Shown here: in pieces, positions 55,817 through 64,000 of the stretch
Numbering within the stretch: position 1 is the stretch's first letter
Layout: every line of letters starts with the position of its first letter
From: Bdellovibrionota bacterium FG-1
Lineage (GTDB): Bacteria; Bdellovibrionota; UBA1018
Assembly: GCA_051382295.1 (NCBI GenBank)
Contig: JBBCAW010000013.1
Location: 1-64,000 of the forward strand
DNA: 64,000 nucleotides
Reading direction: 5' to 3'
The notes under the pieces: generated by a model
What the model was told of the DNA's origin: nothing
The model's database searches: none
The model's input: only the letters and a program-made list of their open reading frames with translations
Position numbers and translations under genes: made by a program

Positions 55817-57541
55817 CTAAAACGATAAACTCACCCCGGCGGGACGAATGATATCCAACAGATTTTGAAAAGCCGAAGTCACCTGAAGCGCGATCTTACG
55901 ACCCGCCGTGCTCTCGACTTTCTTAATTTCCCCACTATTGGTGTAACTCACCGTAATCGTCCCCAACTGAGGATCTGTGATCTCGACCGGCTTGGAGTTT
56001 TCATTATATTTGAAATCAATCCGACGACGGCTTTGATCAACCAATGACCGAATGCGGCCATTGCCATCATAAAAAAGTTTTACGCCCTTGGTTTCGGAGT
56101 TCTTGGCAAAAACCAAATCCCCCTTTGCGTCGTACTCAAATTGCGACCAGCTGACATCTTTTTTATTGAGCTTAGAGTAACGAACCACTTTACTCACTTT
56201 ACTCACTTTAGGATCGTAAGACAGCTCCGTCACTTCCGTCGGTGTCATCTTTTTGGTCACGTGCCCCTTGACGTCATAGACAAAAGCCGTCTCTTCGCCC
56301 CCGTGTTTAATCAAAAGGGGCAAACCGCAACATTCATTGTAGGTGGTTTCAGTCCGATCGCCGTCGAGCACAGTGACGAGTTTATAGGTCCATTCCTCAC
56401 CATCCGCTTTGTGCTTAATCAAGTATTCGTACTTGCTCGAGGAGATGTCTTTGTGGTCCGATCCTTTGATATTGACCGCCACCCAATAATGACTTTTATC
56501 GGAAGAGTCAGTTTCGTAGGTATACGCAGTCAGCGTTCCATCTCGATCCTTAACCGACTTGACGCTCTCTTGTTTGTCGCGCCCATAGTACTCGATTTGC
56601 ATCGTGGTTTTGTCAGAATAGGCGACTTCCACCATATTGTGACGAGTCCCGCTATCGCCTTTTTTTGCGTTACCATAAACATACTGATAACTATTGCCAT
56701 CCGTGTCTTTGCTATAAACCAGCTCGCTTAGGCCGTTGTATTTAAACTCCGCCTTTTTGCTATTTTCACCGTCAATCTTTTCCAAAAGACCTTGAGCATT
56801 AAACGTAAAGAACATCTTACGATTAAAGTTGTCGATCAGTTTAGCGAGCTTGCCGTCCCGGCCATAACTGAGTTCAATAAAGTTACCGTTCTTATCCAAC
56901 AGTCTTTGCAGCCGACCCTGCTCATCGAATTTCTCTACTTTACCGTTATCAAAGGTGCGAACATAACCACCTTGCACCCGGGTGACATATTGATAGCTAA
57001 AGCGGTTGGAATGGAGCTGCGTGCCCGCGGTGAGTTGCCGCGCCTGAACCTTACCCTGCTTGCGAAATTTTTCCCACTCGTCATTACGGAAGGTTGCATC
57101 ACTCTTCAGTTTGGTCTTATAGGATGCCAGTTGAGCGGCGCTCCCTAACGCGCCGGCCTTTTGCGCAGCCTGACCAATCATATCTACCGCTTGGCCAAGC
57201 TCATCCGATTTGAAAGCCATCGGGCTGAATCGATTTTCCGCGCCGCCACCATACTCATGGACCACCACGCTTCCATCAGCCGAAACGCTCAAAAAAACCT
57301 CGTACTCATTACCCCAACCCCAACCATACATCCCCTTAAACGGTGTTTTCGAGTTGAAAACTCGCTCCATTTTTGGGTCAAAACCTCCGGAGTAAATAAT
57401 ATCGGTGTATCCAACAAAAAAATTGCCATTTTTCAGGCTCACATTGGCCGCCCCATTGACGCTCGCCAGGCCGAATAAAACAAGCATCGCCCAAATAGCC
57501 GATTTTGGAAATTTTTTAACTTTTGCCGCAGTATTTTTCAT
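55817..57541 (-). CDS. YD/RHS-repeat cell-envelope protein (Bd0109-like)
   Basis: VSLKNGNF, GMYGWGWG, YD-type repeats; no RHS toxin tip; follows tadB. Confidence 0.85.
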   Translation of the reverse strand: MKNTAAKVKKFPKSAIWAMLVLFGLASVNGAANVSLKNGNFFVGYTDIIYSGGFDPKMERVFNSKTPFKGMYGWGWGNEYEVFLSVSADGSVVVHEYGGGAENRFSPMAFKSDELGQAVDMIGQAAQKAGALGSAAQLASYKTKLKSDATFRNDEWEKFRKQGKVQARQLTAGTQLHSNRFSYQYVTRVQGGYVRTFDNGKVEKFDEQGRLQRLLDKNGNFIELSYGRDGKLAKLIDNFNRKMFFTFNAQGLLEKIDGENSKKAEFKYNGLSELVYSKDTDGNSYQYVYGNAKKGDSGTRHNMVEVAYSDKTTMQIEYYGRDKQESVKSVKDRDGTLTAYTYETDSSDKSHYWVAVNIKGSDHKDISSSKYEYLIKHKADGEEWTYKLVTVLDGDRTETTYNECCGLPLLIKHGGEETAFVYDVKGHVTKKMTPTEVTELSYDPKVSKVSKVVRYSKLNKKDVSWSQFEYDAKGDLVFAKNSETKGVKLFYDGNGRIRSLVDQSRRRIDFKYNENSKPVEITDPQLGTITVSYTNSGEIKKVESTAGRKIALQVTSAFQNLLDIIRPAGVSLSF

Positions 57542-57634
57542 GATCTTCCCCACCTGTTGCACGGATAAATCCCACCTCTATCCATTGAAAAGCAAGTCCC
57601 GCCTAAAGTCCAGTCGGAAGCCAATAAGGCCACC

Positions 57635-58507
57635 TCACACATCGATCTTAATCACCTTCATTATGACCACAAATCCCACAATTTCGAGGACCAAAATAAC
57701 CATGATAAACGCCCAGCCGATCGGAGTGACAAATAACGGACGCATAAAATCCGGATCGGTTTGGTAAAATACTGCCCCCAAAACCGCCGGGATCGCCATC
57801 AATACATAACCCTGCACCTTCCCTGAAGCCGTCATGGCATCGATCTTGTTCTCCACTTTAATCCGCTCACGAATCGTGGTGACGATCGTATCAAAGGTTT
57901 CAGCCAGATTACCCCCGGTTTCCTTAAGGATATTAATCGAAGTCACGAACATCTCGACATCATCCGATTTAATGCGCTTGGAAAGATTGGTAAAAGCCTC
58001 TTCCAGCGCCACCCCGAGTTTATTTTCGCTGAGTACGAGGCCAAATTCTTGACGTATCGGATTTTCCATTTCTTGAGTCACCAAGGACATTGCCTGCACA
58101 ACCGAAAGCCCCGATTTAAGCCCATTGGACATCAAACTCAAACCGTCAATCATTTGATGCACGAACTTTTTCACTCTTCGAACGTAAAGCCATTCCACAA
58201 TAGGTTTTGGAATTTTCCAACCTACCACCGTCACGGCCACACCAAACATCAGCCCCGGAATAATATTAGGTAGAAATGCCAAAAACACTAAGGAACCCAG
58301 CCCAAAACTCAAAGAAACCAAACCGATGAGAATTTTTTGCGGCGGAATCTCGATAAACATCATACCAAGCTTTTCGACGATGTAATCTCGAGTGCCCAAA
58401 CTCTGAAAACGAAGCCATTCCAAAAACCGCTTGCTGGAGTGATAGGAAATCCCGAAAGCCCCGACGCCAACTCCGATAATCCCTACAACCTTATACATGG
58501 CCGGCAT
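57635..58507 (-). CDS. tadB: Tad pilus assembly protein TadB
   Basis: GLKSGLSVVQA, ETGGNLAE; T2SSF-like. Confidence 0.9.
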   Translation of the reverse strand: MPAMYKVVGIIGVGVGAFGISYHSSKRFLEWLRFQSLGTRDYIVEKLGMMFIEIPPQKILIGLVSLSFGLGSLVFLAFLPNIIPGLMFGVAVTVVGWKIPKPIVEWLYVRRVKKFVHQMIDGLSLMSNGLKSGLSVVQAMSLVTQEMENPIRQEFGLVLSENKLGVALEEAFTNLSKRIKSDDVEMFVTSINILKETGGNLAETFDTIVTTIRERIKVENKIDAMTASGKVQGYVLMAIPAVLGAVFYQTDPDFMRPLFVTPIGWAFIMVILVLEIVGFVVIMKVIKIDV

Positions 58508-58519
58508 GGCAAGCCCCTA

Positions 58520-60682
58520 TCATTTCGAGGCAAAAAGGCTACGCGAGATCTTCATCCCCTTGGCCTCCATCTCCTCAACAAACTTAGGAATAAACCCCGT
58601 TGGAACATAACGACCGATCACCTTGCGTTTTTTATCTAACCCCTCTTGCTTATAGATGAAAATATCCTGCAAACTGATCACCTCTCCCTGCATCCCCGTC
58701 ACCTCAGTAATATAGGTGACTCGTCGCGAGCCATCCACCAGACGACTTTGCTGAATCACAATACCCACAGCGGACGCGATCGTCTCCCGAATGGCCTTAA
58801 TGGGAATAGGAAGACCCGACTGCATGACCAGCGACTCACAGCGGGACAGAGCCTCGCGAGGATTGTTCGCATGAAGGGTCGTCAACGACCCCGAATGCCC
58901 AGTATTCATCGCCTGAAGCATGTCAAAGGTTTCGCCTCCGCGACACTCCCCAACCACGATTCGATCGGGACGCATTCGCAGGCAGCATTTAATTAAATCC
59001 CGAATGGTGACCTCGCCTTCGCCCTCGATGTTTTTGGGGCGGGTCTCGAGCCTCACGACATGTTCCTGGCCAAGTTGCAATTCGGCCGAATCTTCGACCG
59101 TAATAATTCGTTCCGATGCCGGAATAAAATTCGACAACACATTCAACAACGTCGTTTTACCTGAACCGGTGCCGCCCGATACAATAATATTAAGCTTAGC
59201 TTCCACACAGGCGCGCAGAAAATCCGAAATTTCTTCAGTCATCGAACCAAAAGCGACCAGATCCTTTTCGGTAATGCGTTTTTTTGGAAATTTTCGAATG
59301 GTAATCGTCGGTCCCCGCAAAGCGAGCGGCGGAATAATAATGTGCACGCGTGAACCATCCTGAAGTCGTGCATCCACAAACGGAACCTTTTCGTCCACCC
59401 GCCGGCCTAAGGGGGTCACAATACGCTCAATGACATTCATCATCTGCTGTTCGGATGAAAACGTCACTTTAGACATTGTGTTTTTACCGGATTTTTCCAC
59501 GTAAATTTGATCACGCGCATTAACCATGATTTCCGTGACCGTCTCATCGGCCAGCAAATCCTCCAAGGGGCCTAAACCCAAGGCCTCATCGAGCACTTCT
59601 TTGACCATTTGGGCTTTGAGTTCCCGCGTCGTCAGGAGACTTCCGGTATCCTCCGTATTCAAAATATCCAAAATTCCTTTTTGGGTTTTTTCACGCAAAA
59701 TCGCACGCTGACGCGTATCGCTCGTGTCCGTGGACATTTTTTTGAGGTCCATTTGCTCGACCAAGGCACGATGCAAACGGAGCTTCATCGCGGTCCAGGG
59801 GTCTAAAACCGCGGTAGCACTTCGCCCTCCAGGGCCAGACCCCGGAGCACCGGGAGAGGCGCCCTCTCCACCGACCTGAGTTGCACCTGCGGCCTTCGCT
59901 ACCACTCCCGTGGGTTTTTTGAGTTTAGCCAGGGTCTCAAGCAGATTCGTTTGTTGAATCTTTCGAACAATATCGTGATAGGCGCGAGAAATAGGCGTAT
60001 TAGCAGCCCCCAAGCAAAGTGGATTACTTCGGGCGAGCGAACCATCACAAGTCGCTACATCCTCTGGGATGGCCGCAAAGATCAGTCGATTCAGATTTTT
60101 TTGAATCATCTGTGGATTGATAATATTATTAGCTGAGTAACGATTAACGACAATTTGCACCATCTCCGGTGGAAACAGAAGCTCCTGTACCTTCGCTAAA
60201 ACGCGCTTGGTCTGGTTAAGAACAATGACGTCGGCCGTAGTCACGACAAAAATAGCCGTTGCAAATTCGAGTGTTTTCAAAGCCCATGGCTCCGCCCCAT
60301 TTCCACAATCGACCACAATGAAATTAAAAACGTTAGTGATCGCCTTCATAAATCGGCCAATTCCATCAACATCCAAGTCGCGGGCCATGATGGCATCACG
60401 GGGGGCCGCAATATAGCTATAGCCCGCTTGAGCATTCACCATAAACGGTGCGAGAGTCTTTGGATCAATCGGACCGCTTTGCAACTTTGAGACATCCACA
60501 ATACTCTTGGGTGGGTTTTGCCCCAAAATGATATTTTGGTCTCCCAGACTTGCCATATCGAGATCCACAATCAATGGTCGCTGTTTAAACTCCTGAAGGT
60601 AGGCAATCGCCAGATTGGCGGCAAAAACACTTTTGCCAACCCCGCCCTTTCCGCCTACCACTGCAATGATATGTCCGGCCAT
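58520..60682 (-). CDS. cpaF: CpaE(TadZ)-CpaF(TadA) fusion ATPase
   Basis: N-terminal MinD-like GGKGGVGKS; C-terminal GGTGSGKTT, RMRPDRIVVGE, MNTGHSGS. Confidence 0.92.
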   Translation of the reverse strand: MAGHIIAVVGGKGGVGKSVFAANLAIAYLQEFKQRPLIVDLDMASLGDQNIILGQNPPKSIVDVSKLQSGPIDPKTLAPFMVNAQAGYSYIAAPRDAIMARDLDVDGIGRFMKAITNVFNFIVVDCGNGAEPWALKTLEFATAIFVVTTADVIVLNQTKRVLAKVQELLFPPEMVQIVVNRYSANNIINPQMIQKNLNRLIFAAIPEDVATCDGSLARSNPLCLGAANTPISRAYHDIVRKIQQTNLLETLAKLKKPTGVVAKAAGATQVGGEGASPGAPGSGPGGRSATAVLDPWTAMKLRLHRALVEQMDLKKMSTDTSDTRQRAILREKTQKGILDILNTEDTGSLLTTRELKAQMVKEVLDEALGLGPLEDLLADETVTEIMVNARDQIYVEKSGKNTMSKVTFSSEQQMMNVIERIVTPLGRRVDEKVPFVDARLQDGSRVHIIIPPLALRGPTITIRKFPKKRITEKDLVAFGSMTEEISDFLRACVEAKLNIIVSGGTGSGKTTLLNVLSNFIPASERIITVEDSAELQLGQEHVVRLETRPKNIEGEGEVTIRDLIKCCLRMRPDRIVVGECRGGETFDMLQAMNTGHSGSLTTLHANNPREALSRCESLVMQSGLPIPIKAIRETIASAVGIVIQQSRLVDGSRRVTYITEVTGMQGEVISLQDIFIYKQEGLDKKRKVIGRYVPTGFIPKFVEEMEAKGMKISRSLFASK

Positions 60683-60684
60683 GA

Positions 60685-62322
60685 TTACTTCACCTTCACT
60701 CTAAAGTTTTTCTTGAGATCTTCGGTCCCTTCGGAGGCATTTTCGACAATCTGAGGGGTTACAAAAATCACGAATTGCGACTTCTTCTTATGGTAATTTT
60801 TAGTGCGCATGAGCGTAAACAGAGGGTCGGTACCCGCATCAAACTGGCCACCTTTGGGGTCGTCTTTATTGAAATCCGTGCCAACGTCTGCTGAAGTCAG
60901 CCCCGCCACCGCCGCGCTCTCACCCGACTTAACATAGAGTTTAGTTTCAACTTTGTGGGACGAAGTCATCGGCGCCGTTCCGGCGGGTTGCCGGCCCACG
61001 ACGTTGGTCTGGTTCATTTTGAGATCCATCGAGATATCCTCGCTCTGTCCGAGAATCTGTGGGGTCACCGCGACCTCAAGCCCCACCTTGGCACTACTGG
61101 CCGCCACCTGGCCATTGCCCGCCTGCACGCCAAAGGGAATATCGGTTTGTTCAACCAAGGTAGCGGGATCACCGCTCTTAACGATCACCGTGCCGGTTTT
61201 AAGAATTCGAGCATAGCCCGATTTCTGCAAGGACTCCAAATGAGGAATTAAACTCGAAATCGTCGCCGTCAAGGACATCCCACTAGCCCCGGCGCCGCCC
61301 TGAGGATTTTGACCGATTGAAATCGATGGGTCAGCCGTAAAACCGGGTTGCCATTTAAAACCAAAAGTCTTGAGGTAATCTTTCGAGAGTTCAACAAAGT
61401 GGACAGTCACGCGCACGAGCTTGACCTGTTTTTTTGCAGGTGGGGGGTTGATCACAATAAAGTTTTGAACCACCGGGCGAGGCGGCGCGCGTTGGGCTGC
61501 CTGATCCTTTTCGATCAGCGGCGCCGGCCTGACTTCGGGCAAATAAAGCGTTGCAATTTTAGCAGCACGATCCGCCTGGTCACGATTATCGACTTGGCCT
61601 TCGAGAAAAATCAGCCCATTCACCACACGAGTTCGCACGTTGGGCGCGAAGGTATTGATGTCCTCCTGCATTTTTTTAGCCAAAACTTGAAGAGCGAGGG
61701 GAGAAAGTGTCGTCAAATTGATGATGTAATCGGCGTAGGTTTTATCGGAAATGACCGTATAGACGCGCCCGTAATCAGCCGGAACTAAGACCTCACCTTC
61801 GACGACCACCTTAGGACCCACAATCCGAATATCCAAGCCTTCGATGTCTCGCAACAAACTTCTCACTTCGCCCGCCACCCGAAGCAGGTTAGATCCCGTC
61901 ACCCGAACCATAAAAATCAGGCGCAAGGTCCCATCGACATCTCGAAGCGTCACAGTCGTCTCGCCGGCTTTAAGTGGCTTAAAAACAATTTGGCGTTTAT
62001 CACCCATTTTAACCAAAGTGGTGGTCGCAATCAGCGGATTTCCGATTGCGATACCATTGCCTCCGGCGTTGACTTCAAAATCCAAATCAACCGCGCGATC
62101 CTCACCCGTGGTCAGCAATAGGCGCCGATGGTCAGCGGCCGCTTCGGATTCATCGCTAGTCAAACGTGAGCGCTGATGTTTGCGCTTTTTCTTAACCGGC
62201 GGGGCGGCATCCTCGGCAGGAGGTTCGGCCGCTCGAGAGACAATAGTCTTCCCTCCTCGAATCTCATCCGAGACCCAAACCAGCACCAACGCAGCAATCA
62301 GAGAAGTCCATTTCACGTTCAT
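60685..62322 (-). CDS. cpaC: Tad secretin CpaC/RcpA with BON-like domain
   Basis: pilus N-terminal domain, VHFVELSK, FVIFVTPQI. Confidence 0.88.
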   Translation of the reverse strand: MNVKWTSLIAALVLVWVSDEIRGGKTIVSRAAEPPAEDAAPPVKKKRKHQRSRLTSDESEAAADHRRLLLTTGEDRAVDLDFEVNAGGNGIAIGNPLIATTTLVKMGDKRQIVFKPLKAGETTVTLRDVDGTLRLIFMVRVTGSNLLRVAGEVRSLLRDIEGLDIRIVGPKVVVEGEVLVPADYGRVYTVISDKTYADYIINLTTLSPLALQVLAKKMQEDINTFAPNVRTRVVNGLIFLEGQVDNRDQADRAAKIATLYLPEVRPAPLIEKDQAAQRAPPRPVVQNFIVINPPPAKKQVKLVRVTVHFVELSKDYLKTFGFKWQPGFTADPSISIGQNPQGGAGASGMSLTATISSLIPHLESLQKSGYARILKTGTVIVKSGDPATLVEQTDIPFGVQAGNGQVAASSAKVGLEVAVTPQILGQSEDISMDLKMNQTNVVGRQPAGTAPMTSSHKVETKLYVKSGESAAVAGLTSADVGTDFNKDDPKGGQFDAGTDPLFTLMRTKNYHKKKSQFVIFVTPQIVENASEGTEDLKKNFRVKVK

Positions 62323-63152
62323 CGTTTATTTGCGGGCATCCTTACCCTACCGGCATCAGTGCCAAGTACGTCGCTAAAAACCGTTGAGTTTACATTCGTC
62401 CGTTCAGTGTCGTCATTGTTTCGCAATGAGAGCGATAAGCTATTGTCTCCGTTACTGAGCACTAAAGCTAGTGATTGCGCTTGCTCAGGAGTAACTTCGA
62501 GAGTCACTGAGGCAAAACTGGTATCCTCCGCCAGCGATCGGATTTTGTCTTTACCGCCAAAAGCATCCGCTTCCAGGAGTCGGGGTGAGTTGTTCGTCAC
62601 GCTTTTGCCGGTCGATAAAACCACGACGTCCTGAAGGACCGTTTTCGCCACCTTGTTTTCCTTGCCAGCCCCCATATCCAAAACCGCAATCAAATCCACG
62701 CGATCCCCCGGCTTAACCAACTTGGCGACGCCACTCACCTCAGTCACGGGAACGGCAAAAGCCCGACGCCCCGGAGTCACCTGAGGCGCTAAACCTGTCC
62801 GAATGCCGGGTTCTGTAATTTTATTTCGAGCAATTTGCTCACCTTTCAAAATAGGAACCGCCGCGATTGCTCCAATAACTGATTTGCGATCGCGAATCAC
62901 ATCGGGGGTCACTTCTTTGGTGTCCCAGTAGATCGAGGCAGGATCCAAAAATCTCTTTGGAATGAGAACCGTATCCAGCATCGTTTCGTTGATGGTGTCC
63001 ATTTCCTTGATGTTTTGCTTAGCCCGCAAAACAAGAACCTCGGTACCAAACTTTTTCTTAGCCTCATCCTCGATGCTTCCAACGTAGCTTTGGACAAAAA
63101 ACAGCGCAATGAACGCCATCACTATTGAAAGGGTTAGTGCTCGATTATTCAT
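62319..63152 (-). CDS. cpaB: Flp pilus assembly protein CpaB
   Basis: SAF domain, GVAKLVKPGDRVD, VTLEVTPEQAQ, LSLRN. Confidence 0.93.
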   Translation of the reverse strand: MNNRALTLSIVMAFIALFFVQSYVGSIEDEAKKKFGTEVLVLRAKQNIKEMDTINETMLDTVLIPKRFLDPASIYWDTKEVTPDVIRDRKSVIGAIAAVPILKGEQIARNKITEPGIRTGLAPQVTPGRRAFAVPVTEVSGVAKLVKPGDRVDLIAVLDMGAGKENKVAKTVLQDVVVLSTGKSVTNNSPRLLEADAFGGKDKIRSLAEDTSFASVTLEVTPEQAQSLALVLSNGDNSLSLSLRNNDDTERTNVNSTVFSDVLGTDAGRVRMPANKR

Positions 63153-63724
63153 GAATCACCTCCCCCCGTCTCGTAAGACATGGGGCTTGAACAGTAATCA
63201 AATTGGTGAGGATCTTCTATCAACTTATAGTTTCCAGCCGGACTGACCGCATTCTTCCCGATGGATTTGACATCCAAAATCGGCGTCATCCCCCCCCCAG
63301 TTTTAATTAAATTCGATTGCGTACAGAGTGTCACCGTATCCCGAATGCGCACCAAGGTCCGCTCGCGAGGCTCCGCCTTTTCTTCACCCGCCGGACTCCC
63401 TTTTTTCCGCGCGATCAGATAGGTTGCAGCCTTAGGGTTGTACTCGCCTGCCGTGGCTTGATTTTCGGAAACCCCGATCACCATTTGGTTATATTGTTTG
63501 GCCGTCAAATGACCCTCTTTAAGATCATGAGCGGGATAAACAGGGCTATTAAAAGTCAACCAAAGCGCCTGAGCCCTCGCATACTGCTGATTATTAATCG
63601 AAATCTGAATGGTGGTATTAATTTTCACCAAAATGACAACTAGGCCCACCATCATCGGGAGCATCAGCAAGAACTCGAGCACACTCTGACCTTGGTCGTC
63701 GGCGAGTTCAACAGCCGTTGTCAT
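63149..63724 (-). CDS. TadE-like pseudopilin
   Basis: GQSVLEFLLMLP prepilin-type motif. Confidence 0.8.
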   Translation of the reverse strand: MTTAVELADDQGQSVLEFLLMLPMMVGLVVILVKINTTIQISINNQQYARAQALWLTFNSPVYPAHDLKEGHLTAKQYNQMVIGVSENQATAGEYNPKAATYLIARKKGSPAGEEKAEPRERTLVRIRDTVTLCTQSNLIKTGGGMTPILDVKSIGKNAVSPAGNYKLIEDPHQFDYCSSPMSYETGGGDS

Positions 63725-64000
63725 AAATCCTTCCTTTCATCTGAATCAAACAGTCCATAGTAGAAGGTTCCCGCCCCAGCCAACTTTCGGACTTCAGGGT
63801 AATTGAGCTAGCGCCTCCCTTTTGCTGTTTTCTGCCCATGGGGAGCAAAAATAGACGGCTCTTAAATGCATATCGGACTCCCTGCATCCAACTTGAACCC
63901 GGATCAGTTTCTTTAAATTGTTCGGGCTCGGAAATCGAAGCGCCCGTCAAAGTTCCATCACCCCCCTCACCCTTAGCGATGGAAGGAAACCGATCCATAT
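63708..64000 (-). CDS. 3' end of a Tad-cluster gene (TadE-like), partial
   Basis: frame open from the window edge; ends SESWLGREP...YDNGC; Tad gene context. Confidence 0.6.
   Translation of the reverse strand, partial: MDRFPSIAKGEGGDGTLTGASISEPEQFKETDPGSSWMQGVRYAFKSRLFLLPMGRKQQKGGASSITLKSESWLGREPSTMDCLIQMKGRIYDNGC

Noticed and set aside
55817..57541. RHS polymorphic toxin with an immunity gene
   Set aside because: No DPxG cleavage motif or toxin tip; the context fits the Bd0109-like Tad-associated protein.

Overview
A bacterial chromosomal window, most likely from a Bdellovibrionota-type organism. This is inferred from the cpaB-cpaC-cpaE/F-tadB-YD/RHS-small secreted protein gene order, the many small secreted or lipoproteins and the many sigma54 promoters. 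Left to right it holds: the end of an integrated element (HTH excisionase-like gene, tyrosine integrase, arm-type repeats) lying 5' of tRNA-Ser(GGA); a split ADYC-domain gene; a GMC oxidoreductase; imuA-imuB-dnaE2 divergent from lexA; an AAA_14/DUF4143 ATPase followed by a non-coding array of four palindromes at an exact 51-bp period; a CUB/PKD/LamG surface lipoprotein; radC, a DTW protein and plsC; a transglutaminase-like operon; a KinB/AlgB-like sigma54 two-component pair; a DksA/TraR protein; leucine-degradation (liu) genes; a second DUF4143 ATPase; a gene broken by one amber codon; two BPI/LBP-like paralogs; a 4545-bp TGT...ACA transposon (Zn/HTH protein, DDE transposase, ExeA-like ATPase, AAA_25 helicase-like ATPase); potABC; doxX; and a Tad/Flp pilus cluster syntenic with the Bdellovibrio hit locus. 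The best candidates for something new are the 51-bp palindrome array, the four-gene transposon, the hit-like small protein and the possible -1 frameshift in the ADYC gene. All family calls come from motif recognition by eye, not from database searches.
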